Assembly (NCBI RefSeq): GCF_001457595.1
Contig: NZ_LN831039.1
Location: 870,001 to 902,000 of the forward strand
Length of the DNA stretch: 32,000 nt
Direction: 5' to 3'
Source of the DNA: Mycolicibacterium smegmatis
Lineage (GTDB): Bacteria > Actinomycetota > Actinomycetes > Mycobacteriales > Mycobacteriaceae
Shown here: in pieces, positions 1-8,969 of the stretch
Position numbering within the stretch: position 1 is the stretch's first letter
How the letters are laid out: each line of letters begins with the position of its first letter
Position numbers and translations under genes: made by a program
The notes under the pieces: generated by a model
Told to the model about the DNA's origin: nothing
Databases searched by the model: none
What the model saw: only the letters and a program-made list of their open reading frames with translations

Positions 1-301
1 CACGATGCTCGCGGCGATGGCCTCAGGGCACTCGGTGAACACCGTCGAGGGCATGGAGGTCGACGGCAAGCTGGACCCGGTGCAGGAGGGCTTCATGCAG
101 TGCCACGGCCTGCAGTGCGGATTCTGCACCCCCGGCATGATGATCACCGCCCGCGCGCTGCTGCGGCAGAACCCCGACCCCACCGAAGAGGAGATCCGCG
201 AAGCGATCTCGGGGCAGATCTGCCGGTGTACGGGCTACACCACGATCGTGCGTTCCGTGCAGTGGGCGGCACGCCACGCACGGGAGGAGGCCAAGGCATG
301 A
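1..301 (+). CDS. coxS: Aerobic carbon monoxide dehydrogenase small (2Fe-2S) subunit, 3' part; 5' end outside the window
   Basis: ORF contains CHGLQCGFCTPGMM and CRCTGYTTIVRSV, the C-terminal [2Fe-2S] motif of xanthine oxidase/CODH small subunits. Stop TGA 299-301 overlaps the next ATG (ATGA). Upstream frame runs off the window edge. Confidence 0.93.
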   Translation, partial: TMLAAMASGHSVNTVEGMEVDGKLDPVQEGFMQCHGLQCGFCTPGMMITARALLRQNPDPTEEEIREAISGQICRCTGYTTIVRSVQWAARHAREEAKA

Positions 302-2697
302 CCACGCTGGAGAACCCGGTCGAGCGCCCCGAGGACACCGCGGTCAACGACGCGAAACCGTGCGGCCACGGCCGGATGCTGCGCAAGGAGGATCCGCGCT
401 TCATCCGCGGGCGCGGAAACTATGTGGACGACGTCAAGCTGCCCGGCATGCTGCACCTGGCGATCCTGCGCTCGCCGTATGCACATGCCACGATCAACTC
501 GATCGATGTGACGGCGGCACAGGCACATCCGAAGGTCAAGGCCGTGGTGACCGGCGCCGACCTCGCGGCCAAGGGCCTGGCGTGGATGCCCACGCTGTCC
601 AACGACGTGCAGGCCGTGCTGGCCACCGACAAGGTGCGCTTCCAGGGTCAGGAGGTCGCGTTCGTCGTCGCCGAGGACCGCTACTCGGCGCGAGACGCAC
701 TGGAACTCATCGACGTCGACTACGAACCGCTCGACCCGGTGATCGACGCCCGCCACGCGCTGGACCCCGGCGCCCCGGTGATCCGCACCGACCTCGACGG
801 CAAGACCGACAACCACTGCTTCGACTGGGAGACCGGGGACGCCGCGGCCACCGACGCCGTGTTCGCCAAGGCAGACGTGGTGGTCAAACAGGAGATGGTC
901 TACCCACGGGTGCATCCCGCGCCCATGGAGACCTGCGGCGCGGTGGCCGATCTGGATCCGGTGACCGGAAAGCTCACGCTGTGGTCCACCACGCAGGCCC
1001 CGCACGCGCACCGCACGCTGTACGCGCTCGTGGCGGGCCTGCCCGAACACAAGATCCGCGTCATCTCACCCGACATCGGCGGCGGTTTCGGCAACAAGGT
1101 GCCCATCTACCCCGGGTACGTGTGCGCGATCGTGGGGTCGCTGCTGCTGGGCAAGCCCGTCAAGTGGATGGAAGACCGCAGCGAAAACCTCACCAGCACA
1201 GGCTTCGCGCGCGACTACATCATGGTCGGCGAGATCGCCGCGACCCGTGACGGCAAGATCCTCGCGATCCGTTCCAACGTGCTGGCCGACCACGGCGCCT
1301 TCAACGGCACCGCGGCCCCGGTGAAGTACCCGGCCGGGTTCTTCGGGGTGTTCACCGGCAGCTACGACATCGAGGCCGCCTACTGCCACATGACCGCCGT
1401 GTACACCAACAAGGCACCCGGTGGGGTGGCATATGCGTGCTCGTTCCGGATCACCGAGGCCGTGTACTTCGTGGAACGCCTGGTCGACTGCCTGGCGTAC
1501 GAGCTCAAGATGGATCCCGCGCAGCTTCGGCTGCAGAACCTGCTGAAAGCCGAACAATTCCCGTACACGTCGAAGACCGGCTGGGTGTACGACTCGGGTG
1601 ATTACGAGAAGACCATGCGCCTGGCGATGGAGATGGTCGACTACGAGGGGCTGCGCGCCGAACAGGCCGAGAAACGCAAACGCGGTGAGCTCATGGGCAT
1701 CGGCATGTCGTTCTTCACCGAGGCCGTCGGAGCCGGCCCCCGCAAGGACATGGACATCCTGGGTCTCGGCATGGCCGACGGGTGTGAGTTGCGGGTACAC
1801 CCGACCGGCAAAGCCGTTGTGCGGCTGTCGGTGCAGAGCCAGGGGCAGGGACACGAGACCACGTTCGCCCAGATCGTCGCCGAGGAGCTCGGCATCCCGC
1901 CCGAGGACATCGACGTGGTGCACGGCGACACCGATCAGACCCCGTTCGGGCTGGGCACCTACGGCAGCCGGTCCACGCCGGTGTCCGGTGCGGCCGCCGC
2001 GCTGGTGGCCCGCAAGGTGCGCGACAAGGCGAAGATCATCGCCGCGGGCATGCTGGAGGCCTCGATCGCCGACCTGGAGTGGGACAAGGGCTCTTTCCAC
2101 ATCAAGGGTGATCCGTCGGCGTCGGTGACCATCGCCGACATCGCGATGCGAGCGCACGGCGCGGGGGATCTGCCCGAGGGATTGGAGGGCGGCCTGGACG
2201 CCCAGATCTGTTACAACCCCTCCAATCTCACGTATCCCTACGGTGCGTACTTCTGCGTCGTCGACATCGACCCGGGCACCGCGGTGGTCAAGGTCCGGCG
2301 GTTCGTCGCGGTCGACGACTGCGGCACCCGGATCAACCCGATGATCATCGAGGGGCAGATCCACGGTGGCCTGGTCGACGGCATCGGGATGGCGCTCATG
2401 GAGATGATCGCGTTCGACGAGGACGGGAACTGCCTGGGCGGATCGCTCATGGACTACCTCATCCCCACGGCGATGGAGGTGCCGCACTTCGAGACCGGCC
2501 ACACCGTCACCCCGTCACCGCACCACCCGATCGGGGCCAAGGGCATCGGCGAATCCGCCACCGTGGGTTCACCGCCCGCCGTGGTCAACGCCGTGGTGGA
2601 TGCGCTGGCGCCGTACGGTGTCCGCCACGCCGACATGCCGCTCACCCCGTCACGGGTGTGGGAGGCGATGCAGGGCCGGGCCACACCGCCGATCTAG
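298..2697 (+). CDS. coxL: Form I aerobic carbon monoxide dehydrogenase large (molybdopterin) subunit
   Basis: About 800 aa from MTTLENPVERPEDTAVND. Contains the form I active-site loop AYACSFR (nt 1429-1449), GGGFGNKV and QGQGHETTFAQIVAEELG. ATG overlaps the coxS stop. Confidence 0.95.
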   Translation: MTTLENPVERPEDTAVNDAKPCGHGRMLRKEDPRFIRGRGNYVDDVKLPGMLHLAILRSPYAHATINSIDVTAAQAHPKVKAVVTGADLAAKGLAWMPTLSNDVQAVLATDKVRFQGQEVAFVVAEDRYSARDALELIDVDYEPLDPVIDARHALDPGAPVIRTDLDGKTDNHCFDWETGDAAATDAVFAKADVVVKQEMVYPRVHPAPMETCGAVADLDPVTGKLTLWSTTQAPHAHRTLYALVAGLPEHKIRVISPDIGGGFGNKVPIYPGYVCAIVGSLLLGKPVKWMEDRSENLTSTGFARDYIMVGEIAATRDGKILAIRSNVLADHGAFNGTAAPVKYPAGFFGVFTGSYDIEAAYCHMTAVYTNKAPGGVAYACSFRITEAVYFVERLVDCLAYELKMDPAQLRLQNLLKAEQFPYTSKTGWVYDSGDYEKTMRLAMEMVDYEGLRAEQAEKRKRGELMGIGMSFFTEAVGAGPRKDMDILGLGMADGCELRVHPTGKAVVRLSVQSQGQGHETTFAQIVAEELGIPPEDIDVVHGDTDQTPFGLGTYGSRSTPVSGAAAALVARKVRDKAKIIAAGMLEASIADLEWDKGSFHIKGDPSASVTIADIAMRAHGAGDLPEGLEGGLDAQICYNPSNLTYPYGAYFCVVDIDPGTAVVKVRRFVAVDDCGTRINPMIIEGQIHGGLVDGIGMALMEMIAFDEDGNCLGGSLMDYLIPTAMEVPHFETGHTVTPSPHHPIGAKGIGESATVGSPPAVVNAVVDALAPYGVRHADMPLTPSRVWEAMQGRATPPI

Positions 2698-2715
2698 GCA
2701 CGAGATGGAGGCGCG

Positions 2716-3453
2716 ATGACCCCGATGACCCCGATGCGGCTGCACGACCGGGTGACCGAACTGCGGCGTGCCCGAACACCGTTCGTGCATGCCACGGTGG
2801 TACGTGCCCAGCAGCCCACCTCGGCGCACCCGGGTGACGAGGCGATCCTGTTGCCCGACGGCACCATCGAGGGATTCGTCGGAGGTCACTGCGCCCAGAA
2901 CTCGGTGCGCCAGGCCGCACTGGGCGCCCTACAGGTGGGGCAGAGTGTGCTGCTGCGGGTGCTGCCCGACGGGGACGTGAGCTTTCCGGAGACACCCGGT
3001 GCGTGCGTCGTGGTCAACCACTGCCTGTCCGGGGGTGCGCTCGAGATCTTCCTCGACCCGCAGGTGCCCGCACCGCTGGTGGGGGTGTTCGGCGGATCGC
3101 CGATCGCCGACGCTCTGGTCGAGGTGACCGCGGTACTGGGCTATGACGTCCGGCGTCTCGACGCCCCGGATCCGTCCGCCCTCGACGGCGCCTCGGCGCT
3201 GGTGATCGCGAGCCTCGGCGGTCCCGAGGCCGATCTGATCCGCGCGGCGCTCGACGCAGGCATCGGCTACATCGGCCTGGTCGCGAGCAGGCGCCGCGGA
3301 TCGGCGATCCTGGACGGGCTCAACCTCACCGAGTCCGAGCGCGCCAGGGTGCACACCCCGGTCGGCCTCGACATCGGGGCGAGGACGCCAGCCGAGATCG
3401 CGGTGTCGATCGCGGCCGAGGTGATCGCGACCGTGCGTGCGCATGGCCGCTGA
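2716..3453 (+). CDS. XdhC/CoxF-family molybdenum hydroxylase maturation protein
   Basis: 245 aa with EGFVGGHCAQNSV, CVVVNHCLSGGALEIFLDPQVPAPLVGVFGGSPIADALVEVTAVLGYDV, typical of XdhC/CoxI/CoxF. Directly downstream of coxL. Confidence 0.85.
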   Translation: MTPMTPMRLHDRVTELRRARTPFVHATVVRAQQPTSAHPGDEAILLPDGTIEGFVGGHCAQNSVRQAALGALQVGQSVLLRVLPDGDVSFPETPGACVVVNHCLSGGALEIFLDPQVPAPLVGVFGGSPIADALVEVTAVLGYDVRRLDAPDPSALDGASALVIASLGGPEADLIRAALDAGIGYIGLVASRRRGSAILDGLNLTESERARVHTPVGLDIGARTPAEIAVSIAAEVIATVRAHGR

Positions 3454-4339
3454 GCCGGGTGCCGCGGTGACGGGGTTCGGCGGTGTCGACGATGTGGTGC
3501 GGCGGTTCGACGCCCACGACTACCTGCTCGACGAGGGCACCGCGACGGCGATCTACCTGGCCGTGAGCCTGGGCCGCCCACTGCTGCTGGAAGGCGAACC
3601 CGGAGTGGGCAAGACCACGGCCGCCAAAACCCTTGCAGCCGTACTCGGCACACCGCTGATCCGGTTGCAGTGCTACGAGGGGCTGACGGCCAGTGAGGCG
3701 TTGTACGACTGGAACTACCAGCGCCAACTCCTGTCGATCCGCCTGGCGGAGGCGCGCGGCGGGGAACACCTCGACGAGGCCGCGCTGTACACCGAAAGCT
3801 ACCTCGTCGACCGGCCGATCCTGCAGTGCGTGCGCCACCGCGGACCCAGCAGCCCGGTGCTGCTGGTCGACGAGATCGACCGCGCCGACGACGAATTCGA
3901 GGCACTGCTGCTCGAATTCCTGGGCGAGGCCGCGGTGACGGTACCCGAACTGGGCACCTTCGTCGCCGAACGCCCGCCCGTCGTGGTGCTGACCTCCAAC
4001 CGCAGCCGCGACCTGCACGACGCGCTGCGCCGCCGCTGCCTGTACCACTGGATCGAGTACCCGCAGCGCGCGCAGGCCGTCGCGATCGTGCGGCGCACCG
4101 TACCGGGTGCCACCGATGCCCTGATCGACAGCGCGGTCCAATTCGTCAGCGCCGCACGTGAACTCGACCTGGACAAACCGCCCGGGGTGGCCGAGACCAT
4201 CGACTGGGTCGCCGCGCTGGTGGCGCTGCGGGTCGGTGACCTGGTGGACCCCGCAGCGCTGGGCACCCTCGGCGCGTTGGCCAAGACCCCCGACGACAGC
4301 GGACTGATGCGTGATGCCTTGCTGGACCTGACGAATTGA
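3437..4339 (+). CDS. MoxR-family AAA+ ATPase, CoxD-like; start GTG 3437 or ATG 3443
   Basis: Walker A GEPGVGKTT, Walker B VLLVDEIDRAD, EFEALLLEFLGE and TSNRSRDLHDALRRRCLYHWIEYP, all characteristic of MoxR/CoxD. Confidence 0.9.
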   Translation: MRMAAEPGAAVTGFGGVDDVVRRFDAHDYLLDEGTATAIYLAVSLGRPLLLEGEPGVGKTTAAKTLAAVLGTPLIRLQCYEGLTASEALYDWNYQRQLLSIRLAEARGGEHLDEAALYTESYLVDRPILQCVRHRGPSSPVLLVDEIDRADDEFEALLLEFLGEAAVTVPELGTFVAERPPVVVLTSNRSRDLHDALRRRCLYHWIEYPQRAQAVAIVRRTVPGATDALIDSAVQFVSAARELDLDKPPGVAETIDWVAALVALRVGDLVDPAALGTLGALAKTPDDSGLMRDALLDLTN

Positions 4340-4351
4340 AAGGGAGCGTCG

Positions 4352-5047
4352 ATGAAGATCGCGAACGAGTTCACTGTGAGCGTGCCGATCGAGGACGCGT
4401 GGGACCTGCTCACCGATCTCGACCAGGTGGTGCCGCTCATGCCCGGAGCCAGGCTCACCGGACATGACGGCGACGACGTGCTGGGTGCGGTCAAGGTGAA
4501 GGTGGGCCCGGTGACCAGCGAGTTCGCCGGCAAGGTGCACTTCGTCGAACAGGACCGCGAGCATTTCCGCGCCGTGATCGACGCCAAGGGCAAGGAGACC
4601 CGCGGCACCGGCAACGCCGCGGCGACCGTCACCGCGCAACTGCACGAAGCGGGCACCTCGACCCGCGTGACCGTCGACACCGACCTCAAGGTCGTCGGCA
4701 AGCTCGCGCAGTTCGGCAGCGGCATGCTGCAGCAGGTGTCGGAGAAGCTTCTCGGCCAGTTCGTGGACTCGTTGGAGGCCAAGCTCGCCGGAGAGCGTGA
4801 AAAGCCCAGCGAGACAACACAGACACCGCAGACACCGGTGGCGCAGGCCGCCGAGAAGCCGCAGGAAACCCTGGCCTCGACGGCGCCTGCCGTCGCGGAC
4901 CCCGAACCCATCGACCTGCTCGACCTCGCGGGCGGGGCAGCGCTGAAGAAGTACGGGCCTGCGGTCGCCGGCGCATTCCTGCTCGCGGCGCTGCTGTTCA
5001 CGATCGGCCGACTACGCATGGCCCGCAAGGCCCTTCGCGGCAGATGA
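4352..5047 (+). CDS. CoxG-like SRPBCC-domain protein with C-terminal membrane helix
   Basis: MKIANEFTVSVPIEDAWDLLTDLDQVVPLMPGA is a CoxG/SRPBCC N-terminus. A Pro/Thr/Ala/Glu-rich linker is followed by YGPAVAGAFLLAALLFTIGRL and a basic tail. Confidence 0.9.
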   Translation: MKIANEFTVSVPIEDAWDLLTDLDQVVPLMPGARLTGHDGDDVLGAVKVKVGPVTSEFAGKVHFVEQDREHFRAVIDAKGKETRGTGNAAATVTAQLHEAGTSTRVTVDTDLKVVGKLAQFGSGMLQQVSEKLLGQFVDSLEAKLAGEREKPSETTQTPQTPVAQAAEKPQETLASTAPAVADPEPIDLLDLAGGAALKKYGPAVAGAFLLAALLFTIGRLRMARKALRGR

Positions 5048-6234
5048 CCGCACCGCTGCTGCTGCGCGGCGTCGACCTCGCGGCATTGGCGGTCGCCCTC
5101 GTCGACCGTCTGCGCGCGGCCGGGGTCGCGGTGTCGGCGGTCGGGCCGTCGACGTTGGTGGCGGCCATGCATGTCGTCGCCCCGGTGCGCCGCTCACACC
5201 TGTACTGGGCCGCGCGGCTGACGTTGGTGAGCCGCGCCGAGGATCTCCCCGCATTCGACGGCGTCTTCGATGCGGTGTTCTCCGACGCCGTGCTGGGTGT
5301 GGACCCGCCGAACCTCAAGCGCGGCCAGGCGCCGCCCGGGATACCTGGGCAGTACGCGAACGGCGCCGACAGCGGCGAGTCCGGCGACGGGCTGCCGTGG
5401 ACCACCCGTCCGGCGTCGATCACAGCCGCCGCACACCCGCCCACCGGCTCTGCGATCCCGGATCTCGCGCCGAGTTGGCTGGCCGGCCGGACCGACGAGT
5501 CCTTCGACCAGTTCGACCGGGACGATCTGCACCGACTCGGGACGTGGCTGCAGGGCGCCGAGGCGCACTGGCCGCGGCGACGTACGTTGCGGCACCGGCG
5601 GCATCCGTCGGGCCGGCGTATCGATCTGCGCGAGACCATCCGGGCGTCGCGCACCACCGGGTGGGAACCGGTGCGGCTCGCGCGGACGCGGCGCCGTACC
5701 CGGCCGCGGCGTGTGGTGCTGGTGTGCGACGTGAGCGGCTCGATGCAGCCGTACGCGGTGGTGTACCTGCATCTCATGCGCGCGGCGGCGGTGAGCCGGC
5801 GCGGCGCGGCGCATCCCGAGGTGTTCGCGTTCGCCACCACCTTGACGCGGCTCACCGCGGCGCTGTCGCACCGCTCGCCCGAGGTCGCGGTGACGCGCGC
5901 CAACGCGAAGGTGCACGACCGGTACGGCGGCACCCGCCTGGGCCGGTCGATCGCCGCGCTTCTTGCCGCGCCGCACGGCAACCTGCTGCGCGGGGCCGTA
6001 GTGGTGATCGCCTCCGACGGCTGGGACGCCGACGCGCCCGAGGTGCTGCGGCACGCCATGAGCCGGCTGCGCCGACGCGCGCATCTGGTGGTCTGGCTCA
6101 ATCCGCGGGCCGCGGCGCCAGGTTACGAACCGCTGGCCGGGGCCATGGCCGCGGCGCTGCCGTACTGCGACCACTTCCTCCCCGCGCACACCCTGACCGG
6201 GTTACGCGAGTTGTTCGACGTGCTCGGGGCTTAG
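5044..6234 (+). CDS. VWA-domain CoxE-like protein
   Basis: VVLVCDVSGSMQPYAVVYLHLMRA is a MIDAS (DxSxS) motif, with later IASDGWD. Start ATG overlaps the CoxG stop (ATGA). Confidence 0.88.
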   Translation: MTAPLLLRGVDLAALAVALVDRLRAAGVAVSAVGPSTLVAAMHVVAPVRRSHLYWAARLTLVSRAEDLPAFDGVFDAVFSDAVLGVDPPNLKRGQAPPGIPGQYANGADSGESGDGLPWTTRPASITAAAHPPTGSAIPDLAPSWLAGRTDESFDQFDRDDLHRLGTWLQGAEAHWPRRRTLRHRRHPSGRRIDLRETIRASRTTGWEPVRLARTRRRTRPRRVVLVCDVSGSMQPYAVVYLHLMRAAAVSRRGAAHPEVFAFATTLTRLTAALSHRSPEVAVTRANAKVHDRYGGTRLGRSIAALLAAPHGNLLRGAVVVIASDGWDADAPEVLRHAMSRLRRRAHLVVWLNPRAAAPGYEPLAGAMAAALPYCDHFLPAHTLTGLRELFDVLGA

Positions 6235-6953
6235 GAGGCCGGTGAGGCGGCGTCGGTGGCGGTGTCGGTAGAGGAGGCCCGCTTGGCGGCGCGGCGGCGC
6301 TTGTACCACTCGATGAACATCGGTGCGACCGACGCCACGACGATCAGGATGAAGATGGGTTCCAGCAGTTTCTGGATGATCTCGAACTGCCCCAGCCAGT
6401 AACCCAACAGCGTCAGGCCGACACCCCACACGATGGCGCCGAGCACGTTGAAGGCGGTGAACACCGGATAGCGCATCTTGGCCGCACCCGCGGTGATCGG
6501 GGCCAGGGTGCGCACAATCGGCACGAACCGGGCGATCACGATCGCGAACGGCCCGCGCTGTTCGAAGAATTCGTGTGCCTCGTCGAGGTACTTCTGCTTG
6601 AGGATGCGGGCCTCGGGCTTGAACATCGACGTGCCGATGGTCCGGCCGATGATGTAACCCACCTGGCCGCCCAGGATCGCCGCGATCGGGATGAACACCA
6701 GTAGCTGCCACAGCTGGAAGTTGGCGTCCACCGCGGTGCCCTTGGCGGCGGTACCGGCCGCCAGCATGCCCGCCACGAACAGCAGCGAGTCGCCGGGCAG
6801 AACCGGGAACAGCACACCGGACTCGATGAAGACGACGAGCAGGATGCCCACCAGAGCCCAGGTCCCGAAGTATCCGATGAGGTTCAGCGGATCCATGAAG
6901 TCGGGCATGAGGGCCAGATTGGTCGTAACCTCTGGTAAGGCGGTGTCGATCAC
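6231..6953 (-). CDS. DedA/SNARE-associated family membrane protein; start uncertain (GTG 6953 or ATG 6908)
   Basis: Hydrophobic protein with GVLFPVLPGDSLLFVAGMLA, GYIIGRTIG and GPFAIVIARFVPIVRTLAPITAGAAKMRYPVFTAFNVLGAIVWG, the DedA signature. The tracked ORF to 7049 overlaps fba and is probably over-extended. Confidence 0.88.
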   Translation of the reverse strand: MIDTALPEVTTNLALMPDFMDPLNLIGYFGTWALVGILLVVFIESGVLFPVLPGDSLLFVAGMLAAGTAAKGTAVDANFQLWQLLVFIPIAAILGGQVGYIIGRTIGTSMFKPEARILKQKYLDEAHEFFEQRGPFAIVIARFVPIVRTLAPITAGAAKMRYPVFTAFNVLGAIVWGVGLTLLGYWLGQFEIIQKLLEPIFILIVVASVAPMFIEWYKRRRAAKRASSTDTATDAASPAS

Positions 6954-7033
6954 GACTCCCAAGGGTACCTGGGCCGTCTGAATGGCCTGTACCTGCGAGA
7001 ACCCGTGTCCAACAGGATCAGAAGGGAAGCGCC

Positions 7034-8071
7034 ATGCCCATTGCCACACCTGAGGTCTACGCCGAGATGCTGGACCGGGCCAAGGCGCACTCGTTCGCGT
7101 TCCCGGCGATCAACTGCGTGGGGTCCGAAAGCATCAATGCGGCCATCAAGGGGTTTGCCGACGCCGGCAGCGACGGCATCATCCAGTTCTCCACCGGTGG
7201 CGCCGAATTCGGGTCGGGCCTGGGCGTCAAGGACATGGTGACCGGCGCGGTCGCGCTCGCGGAGTTCGCGCACGTGGTGGCCGCCAAGTACCCGATCACC
7301 GTGGCGCTGCACACCGACCACTGCCCCAAGGACAAGCTCGACACGTACGTGCGCCCGCTGCTGGCGATCTCCGCCGAGCGTGTCGCCCGGGGTGAGAACC
7401 CGCTGTTCCAGTCGCACATGTGGGACGGGTCCGCGGTGCCGATCGACGAGAACCTCACCATCGCGCAGGAACTGCTCAAGACCGCCGCGGCGGCCAAGAT
7501 CATCCTCGAGGTCGAGATCGGCGTGGTCGGTGGCGAAGAGGACGGCGTCGAGGCCGAGATCAACGACAAGCTCTACACGTCGCCGGAAGACTTCGAGAAG
7601 ACCATCGCGGCGCTGGGCGCGGGCGAGGAGGGGCGGTACCTGCTGGCCGCGACGTTCGGCAATGTGCACGGCGTCTACAAGCCCGGCAACGTGGTGCTCA
7701 AACCCGAGGTGCTGGCCGAGGGGCAGCGCGTGGCCGCGGCCAAACTGGGCCTGCCCGCGGACGCCAAACCGTTCGACTTCGTCTTCCACGGCGGCTCGGG
7801 CTCGCTGAAATCCGAGATCGAGGACTCCCTCAAGTACGGCGTGGTGAAGATGAACGTCGACACCGACACCCAGTACGCATTCACCCGGCCGATCGCCGGG
7901 CACATGTTCACCAACTACGACGGGGTGCTCAAGATCGACGGCGAGGTGGGCAACAAGAAGACCTACGACCCGCGCAGCTACCTGAAGAAGGCCGAGGCGT
8001 CGATGTCGGAGCGGGTGGTCGAGGCCTGCAACGACCTGCACAGCGCGGGACGCAGCGTCACCGCGGCATAA
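7034..8071 (+). CDS. fba: Class II fructose-bisphosphate aldolase
   Basis: 345 aa with VALHTDHCPKD, SHMWDGSAVPIDENL, EVEIGVVGGEEDGV, FHGGSGS and KMNVDTDTQYAFTRP. Preceded by an AGAAGGGAAG Shine-Dalgarno-like tract. Confidence 0.96.
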   Translation: MPIATPEVYAEMLDRAKAHSFAFPAINCVGSESINAAIKGFADAGSDGIIQFSTGGAEFGSGLGVKDMVTGAVALAEFAHVVAAKYPITVALHTDHCPKDKLDTYVRPLLAISAERVARGENPLFQSHMWDGSAVPIDENLTIAQELLKTAAAAKIILEVEIGVVGGEEDGVEAEINDKLYTSPEDFEKTIAALGAGEEGRYLLAATFGNVHGVYKPGNVVLKPEVLAEGQRVAAAKLGLPADAKPFDFVFHGGSGSLKSEIEDSLKYGVVKMNVDTDTQYAFTRPIAGHMFTNYDGVLKIDGEVGNKKTYDPRSYLKKAEASMSERVVEACNDLHSAGRSVTAA

Positions 8072-8104
8072 CCGGGATCAAAAGGCCCGATCGCAAAGGC
8101 CGGA

Positions 8105-8905
8105 TCAAAAGGCGGGGGACTGGCAGATCTTCCACTCGTCGTCGCGGAACTGCAGGTCGAAACTGCGTGTGGAGCGCGTCTGCGGGGCGAACGCCATGAA
8201 CGTCGTGACGTTGGCCTCGGCGTGGTCGTCGTTGACGATCACCTGGTCGATGCTGGCGACCACCGGATACTGCTTGGCGGCCGCGACGCGCTCGTGCGTC
8301 TCGGCCCACGCCTTCTCGTTGTAGTTGACGTAGTTGTCGCGCGTGGTGCCACACGTGATCGACCGCAGCGTCGCCAGGTCGCCGCGCTGGATCGCGCTGT
8401 CGAACTTCTGGATGGTCTCGCGGACCCGGTCCTCCTGGGAGCCGGCCGACGCCGAATCACGCGTCAGCAGCACAGTGCCCAAGATGGCGATGGCCACGAG
8501 CGCGGCGATCACCAGCACCACTGCGATCACCCATCCCCAGCTGCGACGCGCGGTCGCGGGCGCCTGCGGGCGAGCTGCGTCGTCACGCGGCGGGATGACC
8601 TGTGGTGCAACGGGTTTGTTCGGATCGCCGGGCGGCGGCGCGAACACCTCGGTCTCCGGATCGGGCGGGGTGTCGATCTTCTGCGTCGACCCGTCGAAAC
8701 TCGAGGGCGCCGTGAAGCGCCGCTCGTCGCCCTGCGGCGTCGCCTGGCCGGGTTCGGTCGGCAGGCCGAACACCTCGGTGGCCGGTTCGTGTTCGGAACT
8801 CAGCGTGACTTTCTCGGTGGGCGCATCGGCGGATTGTCGGCTCGGTTCTGTCGGGTCTTCTGAAGAGGGCGTGTGGTCCTCGTTCGGCTCCGATGGATTC
8901 GGCAT
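8105..8905 (-). CDS. Conserved mycobacterial membrane protein: disordered N-terminus, one TM helix, small extracytoplasmic domain
   Basis: 266 aa. Pro/Thr/Glu-rich N-terminus, TM WGWVIAVVLVIAALVAIAILGTVLL, then a C-terminal domain with two Cys (SITCGTT...WKICQSP). Confidence 0.75.
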   Translation of the reverse strand: MPNPSEPNEDHTPSSEDPTEPSRQSADAPTEKVTLSSEHEPATEVFGLPTEPGQATPQGDERRFTAPSSFDGSTQKIDTPPDPETEVFAPPPGDPNKPVAPQVIPPRDDAARPQAPATARRSWGWVIAVVLVIAALVAIAILGTVLLTRDSASAGSQEDRVRETIQKFDSAIQRGDLATLRSITCGTTRDNYVNYNEKAWAETHERVAAAKQYPVVASIDQVIVNDDHAEANVTTFMAFAPQTRSTRSFDLQFRDDEWKICQSPAF

Positions 8906-8969
8906 CCCTTTTGCGGTCCTCCCGTACGTCGCTATCGGTGGAGCTTATCGGGCGGTGCACAATAGGCCC

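Noticed and set aside
1066-2502. 478-aa ORF antisense to coxL
   Set aside because: GC-rich shadow ORF. Its translation is low-complexity (Asp/Val/His/Arg) with no recognisable fold, and the sense frame is unambiguous CoxL.
3326-5172. Minus-strand ORFs of 439 and 457 aa opposite the MoxR/CoxG genes
   Set aside because: Complement of well supported cox accessory genes; composition typical of GC-rich shadow frames.
8334-8969. N-terminal extension of the DUF3151-like ORF
   Set aside because: It is antisense to the 8105-8905 membrane protein, and MTRMGDLLGPDPVYLPG at 8970 is a better conserved start.
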